Source: Octopus sinensis
Lineage: Eukaryota
Direction of reading: 5' to 3'
DNA: 64,000 nt
NCBI RefSeq assembly: GCF_006345805.1
Contig: NC_043006.1
Coordinates: 54,064,001-54,128,000, forward strand
Below, piece after piece: positions 24,166 through 35,889 of this stretch. The notes under the pieces were generated by a model that saw only the letters and a list, made by a program, of their open reading frames with translations, searched no databases and was not told the DNA's origin. A program made the position numbers and the translations under genes. Every line of letters starts with the position of its first letter. Position 1 is the stretch's first letter.

Positions 24166-24999
24166 GTATCTGTTAATCTGATTGTCTATCTCTCCTCTTT
24201 CTTGTTTGCTCACTCGTTCTGTTACAGTCAGCCTCTACCCACTATTAAACTCAAAGTTATCGGTGTGGTTTAACCTTTGAAAGGTAACCTTAAATAAGCA
24301 GTTAACCAGACAATAAACATCCCACCCCACTTATTTTAGCTTCGAGCAGTACGTCTTCTTCACAGACATGCGTCACCACCACCACCACCACCACCACCAC
24401 CATCGCTTTCACCACCAACACCAACCACAACAACAATAGCAACTACAGTACTTCCGTCATCACCAAAACCACCACCACCAACCACCACCACCACCACAGC
24501 CATCGCCACCGCCACCGCCATCGCCGACGCCATCGTCATCCTAAATAACATCCCTAAACCCCCAACCCGAAGGAAAGTAATATATATTCCAACAGAGCAC
24601 TAAAATACTAACTGCACAATTTTCTGAAGTATACTGCAAAAGTGTACGCCATATATAAACATGCGAACACGCAATACACACACACGCACACACACACACA
24701 CATACACACACACACACACACACACATACACACACACACACACATACACACACACACACACATACACACAGACACACACACCACACAAACAAACACACTA
24801 ACACACAAAAAACTCTCTGACACAGGAATACACTATCTCTCATATATTGGTGCAGACATCCCAACATTCCTCCAGAGAATCGCTAAATCCTTAAAATAGC
24901 TTCTATTCAGACGGACTGCACATACGTACATACGCACACATGCATATACATAGATACATACATGCACGCATACATACGAATATATATATTACATATGTG

Positions 25000-25049
<50 letters not shown>

Positions 25050-25109
25050 CATTTATGTATATGTGTGAATACATACATACATATATACATGTATATATAT
25101 ATATCTATA

Positions 25110-25156
<47 letters not shown>

Positions 25157-25742
25157 TATATATATATAAAGCGTGAGAGATTTCTATATCTGTATGTAGG
25201 TATATTGTTATTCTACAGACATAAATTAAGAGTGCGTACCGGTATCTTTATCACTTGATGCAATACTGAAAACGCAAAACGTAAGAAATTGTACTTTTAT
25301 CAATGCTTAAAGTTCCATAAACCTCAGAAAAAACATTGACCTGTCGAAAGTAGGCTGCCAAAATAATACCGATGCCAATTTACATCAGACTTACTACCTG
25401 TTGCCTTGAATTTACGATACACGGGTTAAATTACTATTCCTTATATTCTCTAATTCTTAAATTGTTTTATACTTTTATTTACACACATACACACACACAC
25501 ATACGCGCGCGCGCGCACACACACATGTATGTTTGTATACACACACACACACATACGCGCGCGCGCGCACACACACATGTATGTTTGTATACACACACAC
25601 ACACATACTGCTTGGGGAAACCTAGGTGCTGTAAGCATCTCACACTTTATATATATATATACAATTGCAGCGTAGAAAGTGTTTGTAAGCCATTTAAGTA
25701 ACACACAAAAACCGTTCGATTCACTTCAACATTTAAGTTTAA

Positions 25743-25792
25743 TTTGTCAAAATATTTTCGTCGCTAAAATCCGCGACCTGTTCACTGACAAA
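25743..25792 (-). ncRNA. Type I hammerhead-like motif, G3-C8 swapped core
   Basis: TTTGTCA GTGAACA G GTCGC ggatttta GCGAC GAA AATATT T TGACAAA. Confidence 0.55.
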
Positions 25793-25814
25793 AATCCGAG
25801 ATGCAGCACGGATT

Positions 25815-25865
25815 TTTGTCAGTGAACAGGTCGCGGTCTTAAAGCGACGAAAATATTTTGACAAA
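25815..25865 (+). ncRNA. Type I hammerhead-like motif, G3-C8 swapped core
   Basis: TTTGTCA GTGAACA G GTCGC ggtcttaaa GCGAC GAA AATATT T TGACAAA. Confidence 0.55.
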
Positions 25866-26000
25866 TTAAACTTAAATGTTGAAGTGAATCGAACGGCTTT
25901 TGTGTGTTTCTTAAATGGCTTACAAACACCTTCCACGCTGCAATTGTTTTCGTTCCAGCACACGATCTCAGATCAAATCTCTTGCTATGCAAGTACATCT

Positions 26001-26039
<39 letters not shown>

Positions 26040-26490
26040 ATAATCTACATACCTAGAGGTTCTAGTACCTAATTTCGGCATTGAGTGTTATACAGATGCC
26101 AGAACTGGCCGTTATTGTATTGCACTAAAGGTACCATCCACTCCATCTAAATTCAGGACCAGATACTGCAATAGTCTATGGTTCAGAGGCCCACAGCTTT
26201 TCAATGCCCTGACGCAAAAATTAAGAAATCTGCATAAGGTGGAAGCAGATGTCTTCAAAAAGGAACTAGACATCCTCCTCTGTACAATGCCTGATGATCC
26301 AATAACAGTTTCACATGAGATGCAGACGAGGGCAGCGGAATGAAACTCCCTTATACACCAAATGGACAAACAGCTGGAACAAAGGCACATACATGAGTGG
26401 CGATGTGAAATGCCCCAGACAGAGGAAACCAGAATGACCACGGTGGTGCTCCAGCATGACCCCAGCCGCATGGCTGAAACGAGTAAAAGA
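26040..26490 (+). pseudogene. CR1-like LINE 3' end (ORF2 C-terminus and 3' UTR)
   Basis: LVPNFGIECYTDARTGRYC...RGPQLFNAL..LRNL...FKKELDILL..PDDP...RAAE*NSL, a CR1-group C-terminal pattern; ends gagtaaaaga. Confidence 0.75.
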
Positions 26491-26511
26491 AAAAAAATAT
26501 ATACATATACA

Positions 26512-26543
<32 letters not shown>

Positions 26544-26569
26544 CATACATACATACATACATACATACA

Positions 26570-27133
26570 TTATGGCTGCCCCTCGTTATCGAGTATGGCC
26601 ATTGCACGAAGCTTAACTGTTACTGGTGCTGTGATCGAATGTGACTTTTTAGCCCAGCTAAAGATCCACAATGTCTTGTACAAAATTGGCAACTAAGATC
26701 TTTACTGGTAATAGCCGGCTGTAGTTGTAACTGGGCTTCATGTACCTTTGCATGTCGTTTAAGTCCTCCTGCCGAATTACACTCTCTTCCACATGCCCGA
26801 CAGATATGATTAGTATGGTGGGTTACACCACCACCAGTGGCCAGGTTGTCACTCATCTGTCTCGTTTTATGACTACGAAGATGACTCATGAGTCCAGCTT
26901 TACTGAGGCAGGGTCTTGCACAGACATTGCATGTCAGAATCAAAGGAAGACCCTTCCCTTCTGGAAGTGTAACATCGATGCCCTTCCTGACATCCCTCCT
27001 TACTTTCTCATGTGCAACTCGAGATTTCTCAAACGTGACTGTCCCCTCATGCACAATCCTTCTCCACCTGCTACGATCAATAGCTATGCCTTCCCGTGTG
27101 TCAGGAGAGATGCAAGCATCTCTTAAGGAAGCC

Positions 27134-27134
<1 letters not shown>
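26570..27134 (-). pseudogene. RTE-clade LINE 3' end with three C2H2 zinc fingers, 5'-truncated
   Basis: DRSRWRRIVHEG..FE..R (RTE C-terminal motif), then CNVC..HLRSH, CRAC..HAKVH, CQFC..HIRSQH; frame open to the stop at 26620; both ends lie in (GTAT)n. Confidence 0.8.
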
Positions 27135-27164
<30 letters not shown>

Positions 27165-27204
27165 CATACATACATACATACATACATACATACATACATA
27201 CATA

Positions 27205-27345
27205 AGTATACGACGGGTTTCTTTCAGTTTCCGTCTACCAAATCCATTAACAAGGCTTTAGTCGGCCCAAAGCTATAGAAGTGTCATGCAGTGGGGCGGA
27301 ACCTGGAACATTTGGTTGGGAAGCAAGCTTCCTGCCACACAACCA
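27205..27345 (-). mobile_element. SINE-A head and core, internally deleted
   Basis: acgacgggtttctttcagtttccgtctacc...ttggttgggaagcaagcttcctgccacac. Confidence 0.8.
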
Positions 27346-27529
27346 CGTCTGCGATTTTATATATATAAAAAGGTGTATAGAAGGTACTTTTAAGGACAAA
27401 AACACGGCATACATTGGGGATACACGTAGAAGGTAGAGATACCCCAATAACTACAGAATATACAAACATAGGTACATTTGCTAATTGGAAGTTATATAGG
27501 TAAATAGATATGTAGGCAACCAGATAGAT

Positions 27530-27690
27530 ACATAAGTAGGTAGGTAGGTAGGTAGGGAGGGAGGGAGGGAGGGAGGTAGGTAGGTAGGTAGGTAGGTAGG
27601 TAGGTAGGTAGGTAAGTAGGGAGGGAGATAGGTAGGTAGGTAAGTAGGTAGGTAAGTAGGTAGGTAGATAGGTAGGTAGGTAGGTAGGGA
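27530..27690. repeat. (GGTA)n/(GGGA)n microsatellite
   Basis: Direct inspection; a similar block with similar flanks recurs at 28560-28760. Confidence 0.93.
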
Positions 27691-27697
27691 CCATATA

Positions 27698-28418
27698 GAG
27701 TAATCCCTCGACGTCGCATTCGAGAAGAGTACAACTGTCGAGCGAATCTGTAATTAAGATCGTTCCGCCGACCTCCCTGAATAGGGAGGAGCGAGCCTGT
27801 TTTCTCTCGGTAGTTGCTATGGCGAAAGAGGTAGAATGGAAGACGAGAGTGAAAGGAATTGCAACAGGCATGATCATCTCCAGTCTTGAGCTAATCGTCT
27901 TTTCCGTTTTCCACATGAAACGGAAAATAAGGCTGGAGAAGAAATGCCTGTCGCAAAGTGTGTTTCGTAAAAGATGGAAGTCTATAGCAAGTATGTTGCG
28001 AGTGAAAGAACCTGTTTAAACGAGAATATAAAAAAGGAGAAAGCAAAGTCTTCAGTGTGAGTGTGGTTTGTGGAGTCGACCGCGTCCTCCGCTTCATTTT
28101 TTGCAAATCATTCATTCTCATTTAATTGTTTGTTTATTCATACGTTTCGTCTCATTCGATACCTTGACCCCAATGTTTGTTTTGTCTGTCCTTGTATCGT
28201 CCCCTCTTTTTTTCAACCTCATGGTTAATAAAGAATTTGACTATCACTGGTGTTACGTTCCAAAACTACCCCGTGATAGGTGAAAATCCGCGGAGTAGAT
28301 TTTTATAATTTGTATATATTTATTTTATTATGAATGCAAAACAATACCACGGAGGAATCGACGTAAGCTTAAATAATAAACCGCGATAGGTGAACCGCGA
28401 TATGGCGAGGGATTACTG
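27698..28418. mobile_element. Tigger/pogo-like non-autonomous element
   Basis: TIR (g)agtaatccctcg ... cgagggattactg flanked by TA; internal ccgcgataggtgaa repeats typical of Tigger MITEs. Confidence 0.65.
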
Positions 28419-28431
28419 TATATACACACAC

Positions 28432-28467
<36 letters not shown>

Positions 28468-28998
28468 ACAAAGACATATATGGAGGTGCACATCCATACA
28501 TAACAGACACACGTGCATCATTATTCTTGAGAAAGAAAAATAACACTCTGCTAAAAGTATATATGCATACATAGGTACATTTACTAATAGGCAGTTAAGT
28601 AGGTAAATAGATGGGTAGGTAAATAGATATGTAGGTAAACAGCTAGATACATAGGTAGGTAGGTAAGTCGGTAGGTTGGTATGAAGGTAGGTAGGTAGGT
28701 AGGTAGGTAGGTAGGTAGGTATGAACGTAGGTAGGTAGATAGGTAGTATAGATAGATAAGCACACATACGCACACGTACACACGCACACATACACACTCA
28801 CAAGGAGACGGAAACTCATGCCCATATATACACACGCATACACACAAAGACATGTGGAGACACACATTCATACATAATAAACGCACGTACATCATTATTC
28901 GTGAGAAAGGAAAATATGCCCTCTGCTATAAGTATTGAGTAAACCTTTCAGTTTAATGGAAAATTTATTTTTATTAAAATACACAAAAAATAATAAAA

Positions 28999-29825
28999 AG
29001 GCGTGCTGGCAGAATGCTTGGCGGAGATCTTAACCTTTTGACCGACAGATTTAAAAAATAATTTTTTGTAACTAAACACTTTCAAACTTCGGACACTGGT
29101 AGAATGTGTCATATAAATCAAGTTTTACTCTTAGCATTTTTGAGAAAAACTTATATTTACGAAGTTACTCACGTTAAAGTTATAGTATTTCGGTAATTTC
29201 AACCAATCAATGACGTGTATTCAGCTGAATAAAATTACTGCTGTTGTTTGTCAACAACAACTATCGGCGGTGTATTTTTCGTTTGTCACTGTTATTTATG
29301 ACATCGTTCGTGCGTTTGTACTGGTTTTAAGGTTTTAGGGTTTTAGGGTTAGGGTTGTCATAAATAACAGTGACAAACGAAATATACACCGCCGGAGGTT
29401 CTTGTTGACAAACAGCAGCAGTAATTTTTTTCAGCTGAATACATGTCATTGATTGGTTGAAATTACCGAAATATGAGAACTTTAACGTGAAGTAACTTCG
29501 TAAATATAAGTTTTTCTCAAAAATGCCAAGAGTAAAAGATGTTTTATATGATACATTCTATCAGTGTCCGAAGATTGAAAGTGTTTAGTTACAAAAAATT
29601 ATTTTTTAAATCTGTAGGTCAAAAGGTAAAGATCCCTTGGCAGCATTTCGTCCGTCCTTACGTTCTCAGTTCAAATTCCGTCGAGGTTGACTTTGCTTTT
29701 CATTCTTCGAGGTCGATAAAATATGTAACAGTTGAGCACTGTGATCGATGTAAACCGACTTACCCCCTAATTACCCCCCTCACCCGATACTGCTGGCCTT
29801 GTACCAAAATTTGAAAATATTATTA
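28999..29825 (+). mobile_element. SINE-B (alternative tail) interrupted by a foldback MITE
   Basis: Head gcgtgctggcagaatgcttggcgg, then MITE, then cttggcagcatttcgtcc...gttcaaattccgtcgagg... Confidence 0.8.
29025..29635. mobile_element. Foldback MITE, second subfamily, with central (ttaggg)-like repeats
   Basis: TIR agatcttaaccttttgaccgacagatttaaaaa / tttttaaatctgtaggtcaaaaggtaaagatcc; 8-bp TSD cttggcgg/cttggcag. Confidence 0.85.
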
Positions 29826-29894
29826 CAAGCCATAAAAATAAAGATTAGTATATAGGTATAAACATACATACATCTTTATGTCTCTGTGTGTGGT

Positions 29895-29970
29895 GAAGGC
29901 ATGTGGCTTAATGGTAAGATTGTTGCCCTCTCAGTCATAAGGAAATGAGTTCGATTCCTAGACCGGGTGT
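29895..29970 (+). mobile_element. SINE-C tRNA-like head
   Basis: tggcttaatggtaag...gagttcgattcctagaccggg (A and B boxes). Confidence 0.6.
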
Positions 29971-30694
29971 AATATGATTTCATGTTACACTGAAAAGGAG
30001 TACCAACTGACTCGTGGTGCAGCCTTTTCTCTCTCTTCGAGCGGTCACACCTCGATGTTCAGTTTGATCATATGTGAGAGGTCCGAGAGGACGTTTGTGC
30101 ACATCCACATCCACATACATCTACCTAGCTATCAACCTAGTTAGGTTGAGGAGTGATATATTTAAGCAGTTCTTGGGAATTTAACTGCTTCAAATTGGCA
30201 ACGTATTGTTGACGAATAAACAGATCAACATACAGACGCATAGGTAGAAAGGTCATAAGAACAGACAAGCACACATACGCAAATGGAGACTGAAACACTT
30301 GACCATATATACACACATACTTACTCCACACAAGGACACATATGGAGACACGGGTCCACACATATAGAGATGCACATCCATACGTACAAACACGGTACAT
30401 AGTTGCAAAATACACACACACAGATATGCACACACAAGGAGACAGAGGTGCATACATATACAAACACAGCTCACACATACATAGAAAATACACAAACACG
30501 GACATGCAAACACATGAATATGCAGAATACATACATATAGATGCACGCACATACATATATACATATGCATACACACACATATATACATACACACATGCAT
30601 ACATACATGCACACATACATACATACGTACATGCATGCATGCATAGGCACATACACATACTGAGCCACACACATGCGCACAAACAAACAATAAG

Positions 30695-30850
30695 GAACGC
30701 AGTGTAAATAACGGACAGAGTCAAGACTATTGAAAAGGTTGCAAGACGCAACGAAAATTTTAAGAAAATAAAAACAAGAAATAAGTGGAAATTTTACCGG
30801 TGAGTGTGTTAAATTATAAGGCACAAAAAGAAAATGACTCTCCCCAGACA
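30695..30850 (+). mobile_element. Repeat with U3-A8 hammerhead-like motif (second copy at 54360-54520, minus strand)
   Basis: TTGAAAA G GTTGC aagac GCAAC GAA AATT T at 30730-30760; downstream accggtgagtgtgttaaa...atgactctccc shared with the 54.4-kb copy. Confidence 0.45.
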
Positions 30851-32361
30851 CAACAGAATTTTAAATCAATAAATTTTAAAATAAAGAACAAAAAGTTACA
30901 TTTAGCCATTACCAGAATTGGAAGCTCCTTCGCGAAACTTTCTTTCTGCTTAAATTGATATGAACTACACGTAGTTTCCCCAGTGAAGGCAGTTATTACA
31001 AGGGAGTTGCATTTCTTCAAAATATTTGGCGAGATTGATGCAAAGAATTCACAATTTCTAGTTGGTGCTAATCAAATATAGCACTATTTCATTCTTTTCA
31101 GAAATAATCAGCATAATATAAACTGTGATTTATTAATTAAATATTAATCAAATATTATTTTCCGAAGTAAGACATTTCATTAAAGATGAAAAGAAACATA
31201 ATCTGAAGGATAATTCATGGAAATTAATATCAGCCCTCCTGTCAGCACCTCTACATGAATCAATTCTTCTAAAGCTGTCGTTTTACTACTGAGTCTAAAA
31301 GAAGATGGAAAGGGGGAAACGAAGCAGAGAGATTAAAGAGGTGATGATAGTAAGTAAGTGGCAGAGAAATAAAAATGCGTGGGGGTTGGTATGTGAGATA
31401 GGGAAAGAGAGAGGAGGAGAATGAGGGACGAATAAAAAGAGGGTAAGAGCGTAAAAGAGGGAGAAAAATATTTTTAAAATGAAGAGAGATAGATAGTGAA
31501 GGAGAAGGGAAAGAGAATAACAACAAATACAAAGGTTTTACTGGGGAGAAGAGAGGTAGAATAGTAAAACAATGAGACTCGGATTTGTGGTGGTAGTGGA
31601 GAACAGGTGATAGCTAAGATAGAAATGAAAGGAGGGGAGGAAGGAGGAAGGAGTTGGACATACACAAAATGTTCCTCATTCATATATATATATACATATA
31701 TGCATGTATGTATGTATATAGGCACGTGGGTGTGTATACATATGTATATATATGTATATATGTGTATACACGTGGGTGTGTATACAAACATATATATACA
31801 TATGATTTTGATTTTGATTTTCCAGTTTCAGCTAATGAGCTGTGGCCATGCTGGGGCACCGCCATTTTAAATATGTATGCATATATATATATATCTTGTT
31901 CTCCTTGTCCTGTCTCTCACTGTTATATATTTATTTTTCCACTGTTTATATATATATTTTTTACTGTTTATATGTTTGTACTGTCGTTACCGTCTTGCTT
32001 TTTTTTACCCCTCTGCGAAAAGATCTCAGAATTTTAATTGATTTGCTTTTCGCGGGAAGGAATTTTTCTTCGAAGTATACGTCTCGCTTTTATCCTTCGA
32101 AACGTTTAGTAGATGAAATCTTAGCGACTGAAGAAGGGGATTTTTCGTTGTGCTTATTGTCCTGTATCTCTCCTTTTTTTTTTTTTTTTTTGCTTGTCTT
32201 GTTCCTTGGTTTGTGTCTATGTGTTTCGTCTCTCTATGTGTTCGACGTCTTTTTGGTGTCCTGTACACATATATGCGTGTATATGTACATGTAGAGGTAG
32301 GTACGTACATATATGTTATATATATGCATATGTTCTATTTTATTAACATTATATATATATA

Positions 32362-32429
<68 letters not shown>

Positions 32430-32629
32430 ATATGTATATATATATATATATATACATATGTATATACATATATATACATATGTATATACATATATGAATG
32501 TATCACACGCGCACACACACACACACGCAAACACACATACGTACATACATACATACATACATACATACATACATACATACATACATACATACATACATAC
32601 ATACATACTTACACACACACACATATATC

Positions 32630-32893
32630 ACGTGATCACATGACCGACAAGACTATCAGATGCTGTTAGACGTCGCTGAACACAGTGCGCTTTTTGCATC
32701 GTTTTAGCAATCAAATGATGCCATCCCGCTGGCTAGATGAGCAGGCCAACACTCACCCTTGATCGAAAGAGGACTCGAGCAACGTGAAATGAAGTTTTTT
32801 GGCTCAAGAACACAACGCATCGCCCGGTCCGGGAATCGAACCCACTATCTACCGATCATCAGCGCAACAGCTTGACCATTAGTCCATGCACTC
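32630..32893 (-). mobile_element. SINE-C
   Basis: Sense gcatggactaatggtcaag...gggttcgattcccggaccgggcgatgcgttgtgttcttgagc...cttcatttcacgttgctc. Confidence 0.75.
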
Positions 32894-32932
32894 TCATGTA
32901 TGTATGTATGTATGTATGTATGTATGTATGTA

Positions 32933-33029
32933 GATCCTTAGCTGGGCTAAAATGTCACATTCGATCACAGCACCAGTAACAGTTAAGCTTCGTGCAATGG
33001 CTATACTCGATAACGATGGGGCAGCCATA

Positions 33030-33031
<2 letters not shown>
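32933..33031 (+). mobile_element. About 100-bp 5'-truncated copy of the zinc-finger RTE inside (GTAT)n
   Basis: gctgggctaaaa.gtcacattcgatcacagcaccagtaacagttaagcttcgtgcaatgg..atactcgataacg.ggggcagccataat, nearly identical to the 3' end of 26570-27134. Confidence 0.9.
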
Positions 33032-33060
<29 letters not shown>

Positions 33061-33164
33061 TGTATGTATGTATGTATGTATGTATGCATGTATGCGTGTA
33101 TGCATGTATGTATGTATGTATGTATGTATGTATGTATGTATGTATGTATGCATGTATGTAATTT

Positions 33165-33290
33165 TTATCTTTTACTTGTTTCAGTCATTTGACTCCAGCC
33201 ATGGTGGGACACCGCCGTGAAGGGTTTTAATCGAACAAATCGACTCCAGGACTTGTTTTTAAGGCCTAGTACTTATTCTATCGCCTGAAC
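33165..33290 (-). mobile_element. SINE-A 3' module only
   Basis: cttttacttgtttcagtcatttgact...cctagtacttattctatcg. Confidence 0.8.
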
Positions 33291-33825
33291 TAGGGTGCGC
33301 AAGCACGTGAGTGTATGTTGGAATGGCGTGTGTGAGTGTATATGTGAATGGGAGCGAGCTCGTATGGGAGAGTTTAATGTGTGTGTGTGTGTGTATGTGT
33401 GCGTTTATAGATATATATTACACAAAATCACAAGCACGAACACACACACATAAACACACACAGTCATAAGTAGTTAGATGGACAGATGAAATAGAGAAAA
33501 TGAGAAGAGAAAAAGAAATGAGAAAAGAAGGGTGAAATGAAGTAGTATCCATTTAAACCGGAAATTACAAACGTTAGATTGAAATGCTCTAAAGGATATG
33601 GGTTGGACAGACATCTTCCACGAGAAGAATGTAAATTGAATTGACACGAGATTATATCATATTAGATAGAGGACGTAAAGAAGGAGTGTGTGTATATATA
33701 TATATATATAATGTGCGTGTTAGTGTGTCTGTATGTGTCAGTGTGTGTATGTGTATGCAGGAATGTTTATAAATATATATGTATGTATATATGTAAGTGT
33801 GTGTCTTTGGGTGGTGGGCATAGAC

Positions 33826-33873
<48 letters not shown>

Positions 33874-33980
33874 TATATCAAAGTAAGTAAGTAAGTATAT
33901 ATATATATATATGTATATGTGTATGTATGTGTGTGTGTATATATATGGATATATATGTACGCACATACATATTATATATA

Positions 33981-34015
<35 letters not shown>

Positions 34016-34076
34016 GATATATATATATATACATATATACATGTGCACACACACATATATACGCGTATATGTGTGA

Positions 34077-34123
<47 letters not shown>

Positions 34124-34174
34124 TTATTTGGAAAAGGATGCGTGGCGTTCAATCATATAAAAATATAAATAATA

Positions 34175-34826
<652 letters not shown>

Positions 34827-34883
34827 CATGCATATATTCATACGTATACTTACATACTTACATGTATACGTATATGCATATAA

Positions 34884-35723
34884 GGGCACAGGATTTCACA
34901 AAACGTAAACAAAACAAAAATACGAAGTACAAGGACATAGAATTGAACTTTTTTTGCGGTCAACGAAGGAAACAAACGAAAAACAAGACAAACAATACGA
35001 AGAACGACCCTTTATCAGTTGTCGGCTGTTTTTCTAATCCGTATTTCGAGCATTTCGCGACAAGATACGCCTTCGATAAACATTTGCTCCCGCAAAGCAC
35101 ATTAAATAAAATTTGGAAACTTGCGGAAGGTCAAAATTCTCTTTTTCTCCCACTATTCTATCCTTTTACTCTTTCGTTTTCTGTCTTCCTTTCTCTTATT
35201 CTTTTACCTCCTCTTCTCCCACTATTCTATCCTTTTACCCTTTCGTTTTCTATCTTTCTGTTATTCTTTTTCCTCCCCTTCTCCCTCTCTCTTTTCTCTC
35301 TTATCCTATCTCCAAATCTTTTCTTCTCCCCTTCACAGTTCTCTGTCTGTTTCTCTCCCTCACTCTTCCTCATTTGTTCACGTTGGTCCCACGTGACCAT
35401 CAACCATTTCTCTTTCTTCTCCTAACTTGTATTTCTTTCTTCCTGTTGCAGCTGGACAAGGAAGACGTTTTCTTGTCTGCCTCCTGTCCAAGCGTGTTTC
35501 GTCGCGTTCGCCACCACAACCTCGTTGAGGCTTACCAGCCCTTCCTATATGTTTTCACTGTCCTGTTTTTGTCACCAATTTTGATCCTACGCAAAATCCC
35601 AAATTTTATTTAATTTGCCTTACGGGAGCAACTGTTTTATCGAAGGCGTATCTTGTCGTGAAATGCTCGAAATAAGGATTTCAGCCGACATCTGTTGTTC
35701 ACCTTTTGTGTCGTCCTGTGCCC
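34884..35723. mobile_element. GGG-terminal TIR element (MULE-like?) with CT-rich interior
   Basis: Termini gggcacagga / tcctgtgccc; inverted similarity of about 115 bp between 35018-35136 and 35575-35694; no TSD found. Confidence 0.6.
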
Positions 35724-35818
35724 ACAAATGTATATGAATAAACGTAGACATGTATGTATGTATATATGTATGTATATATATGTATATATGCATATATATA
35801 TATATATATAATATATAT

Positions 35819-35889
<71 letters not shown>

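Larger units (their letters stand above)
25661..25947. mobile_element. Foldback element with two outward-facing G3-C8 hammerhead-like motifs
   Basis: Arms of about 135 bp are highly similar inverted repeats; left end abuts (TA)n. Confidence 0.7.

Noticed and set aside
24228-24283. Exon with strong acceptor and GTAACC donor
   Set aside because: Stop codons in all three frames.
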